A stretch of 63,386 nucleotides of DNA, counting the filler, from Sphacelaria rigidula (taxonomy: Eukaryota): the NCBI GenBank assembly GCA_964200075.2. It is 7 parts of 7 records of this genome, joined end to end, with 100 filler letters (N's around TTAATTAATTAA, not from the genome) between each part and the next. Parts side by side here need not be neighbours in the genome. Positions count along the whole stretch, not along the records: positions 54,419 to 63,386 come from CAXNAA020009621.1; 6 more parts are not named here. One strand, 5' to 3'. The notes under the pieces were generated by a model, which worked only from the letters and a program-made list of their open reading frames with translations, was not told where the DNA came from and ran no database searches. Below are positions 61,382-63,386 of the stretch, in pieces. A program made the position numbers and the translations under genes. Position 1 is the first letter of the stretch, and each line of letters starts with the position of its first letter.

Positions 61382-63386
61382 TAGCACTTTGTTGTCTCAT
61401 GCCCCGTATCGAAAGTCGTGCAGGATACAACAGCAACCTCAGCGCAAATGGACACTGCAACGCCATCACCGACCACCGCAACCGCATCTCAGTCACACGC
61501 CGACGCCCGAAGCCAACGTTGGGTACACAAACCCGTATACAGAAGGACAAAGCGTCGCTTGGGAGGCCGTTGCTATTATAAATACCATCTCCTCACCGCA
61601 CGCTGCTGTGCTGCACTTGCGGGCCCCAGAAGGCTGGCGGACAACACGTGTGACGGCGTCCAGGCCAGATCCAAGTGTGGCTCATGATATGATGTCGTAT
61701 TCAACGTAAAGGGACGGGTCGACGATTCGAATCAAGTTGCCTGAAACGAGTGTTGGTACTGTATAGAACAATGTTCCCGGAAGAATGAAAGCATCGCCCC
61801 AGACGGCACCGAGTTCGTAGCAGATATGGGTCGGTATATGATGATGTGACCGAAATGAACAATGCCATTTCATTGTGTGGATACAGTGTCCGTACAAGCA
61901 TGTTTAGCCCGAAACACATAGAAGAATCGCGTGTCGGATCCGTACACACGAGACTACGGGGTTTTCGAATAGAGACCATTACACACCCTCATGCCAAAGA
62001 GTACCAATCGGTAACTCTAGGCAGCCGGTTCGAGAAGTGGAGTCGGTGTCGTAGACAGGGGAGGGGCGGGGAATAACAACGATCCGACGGCGGCGGCGTC
62101 GCACAACGACGATCGTACAGCACTTTGTTGTCTCATGCCCCGTATCGAAAGCCGTGCAGGATACAACAGCAACCTCAGCGCAAATAATGGAGACTGCAAC
62201 GCCATCACCGACCACCTCAACCGTATCTCAGCCACACGCCGACGCCCGAAGCCAACGTTGGGTACACAAACCCGTATAAAGGACAAAGCGTCGCTTGGGA
62301 GGCCGTTGCTATCCTGAATACCATCTCCTCACCGCACGCTACTGTGCTGCACTTGCGGGCCCCACAAGGCTGGCGGACAACACGTGTGACGGAGTCCAGG
62401 CCAGATCCAAGTGTGGCTCATTTATTATTATATGATGTCGTGTTGAAGGGGTCGACGATTCGAATCAAGTTGCCTGAAACGAGTGTTGGTACTGTATAGA
62501 ACAATGTTCCCGGAAGAATGAAAGCATCGCCCCAGACGGCACCGAGTTCGTAGCAGGTACGGGTCGGGTCGGTATATGATGATGTGACCGAAATGAACAA
62601 TACCATTTCATTGTGTGGATACAGTGTCCATACACGCAATGTTAAGCCCGAAAACACATAGAAGAATCGCGTGTCGGATCCGTACACACGAGACTACGGG
62701 GTTTCCGAATAACGGCCTTCAACAACCGCCATGCCAAAGAGTACCAATCGGTAACTCTAGGCAGCCGGTTCGAGGAGTGGAATCGGTGTCGTAGACAGGG
62801 GAGGGGCGGGGGAAAACAACGATCCGACGGCGGCGGCGTCGCACAACGACAACCGTAAAGCATCGATTTGAATCAAACCGCGAGCCACGCACGCTGGGGG
62901 AGCGCTCCGGCGTGTGAGCCCTGTAAAGATCCGAATATGATGATGATGTGCACTGAAGCAAAGTCTTCCCAACCATGAATTTTCGCCGCTGAGTTCGTGT
63001 CAACTCTACCGTGTCCAAAGGCAGTGTGAAGGAATTAACTCATCTCTCCCCCAGTCTGTGCCTGAAAAATTATCACGGGGCAATCCTTGCTGCACTCCCG
63101 TGACCAGTCGACTTCCATCAAATGTACACAATGCATCAATCACGAACAGGCAAATTGATCGGCACTACCATGTGATGTAAACACAATGAACCGTACACCG
63201 CCTTTTTTCACACTATTTTGTAAACTGTGGTCTGCTTCCCCATTTGTATAGCAACGATTGTACCGTGCATAGTCTGAAGGCACACGAGCCAACTCTGTTC
63301 ATCATGTTTTGCTTATTTCAGTGCCATTTTACAAACAAAAAAGGAAATGGCCTAGAAAAGGTATACCTTCTCGTTTTTTGCCTAAG

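Larger units (their letters stand above)
59978..62857. repeat. Tandem triplication of a ~737-bp unit, interrupted by a MITE
   Basis: GACAAAGCGTCGCTTGGGAGG at 59978, 61546 and 62282; spacings are 736 and 1568 (737 plus an 831-bp insertion). Confidence 0.95.

Overview
This window is not one locus. It is seven unplaced eukaryotic contigs of 8970, 8970, 8970, 8970, 8969, 8969 and 8968 bp, apparently sorted by size and joined by artificial 100-nt spacers (N44-TTAATTAATTAA-N44), so adjacency across a spacer has no biological meaning. Spliceosomal introns, bipartite signal-plus-'AF' plastid presequences, CCCTAA-type repeats and the transposon content point to a photosynthetic stramenopile, most likely a brown alga (inference). 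One gene is complete: a two-exon, probably plastid-targeted HemK-like NPPF methyltransferase, arranged head-to-head with a second plastid-targeted gene. Partial genes encode an FHA protein, a TPR protein, an RI-like LRR protein (five phase-consistent exons), an SR140/U2SURP-like protein and a proteasome beta-5-like protein. Decayed retroelements comprise a chromodomain Gypsy with a nested RTE-like LINE, a second LINE, two copies of one Copia family with a doubled PPT, and tRNA-derived SINEs. Small non-autonomous DNA transposons are dense: CAC..GTG termini (one with a perfect 8-bp TSD), Sola-like GAG..CTC termini with a 4-bp TSD, and a TA-flanked mariner-like element with a nested MITE. The most unusual structures are a ~737-bp tandem triplication interrupted by nested MITEs, the CAC-terminal MITE families (some carrying telomere-like repeats), and a SINE bracketed by inverted mini-elements. 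I found no CRISPR array or prokaryotic system, and I cannot claim a new biological system from sequence alone. All alignments were made by eye.
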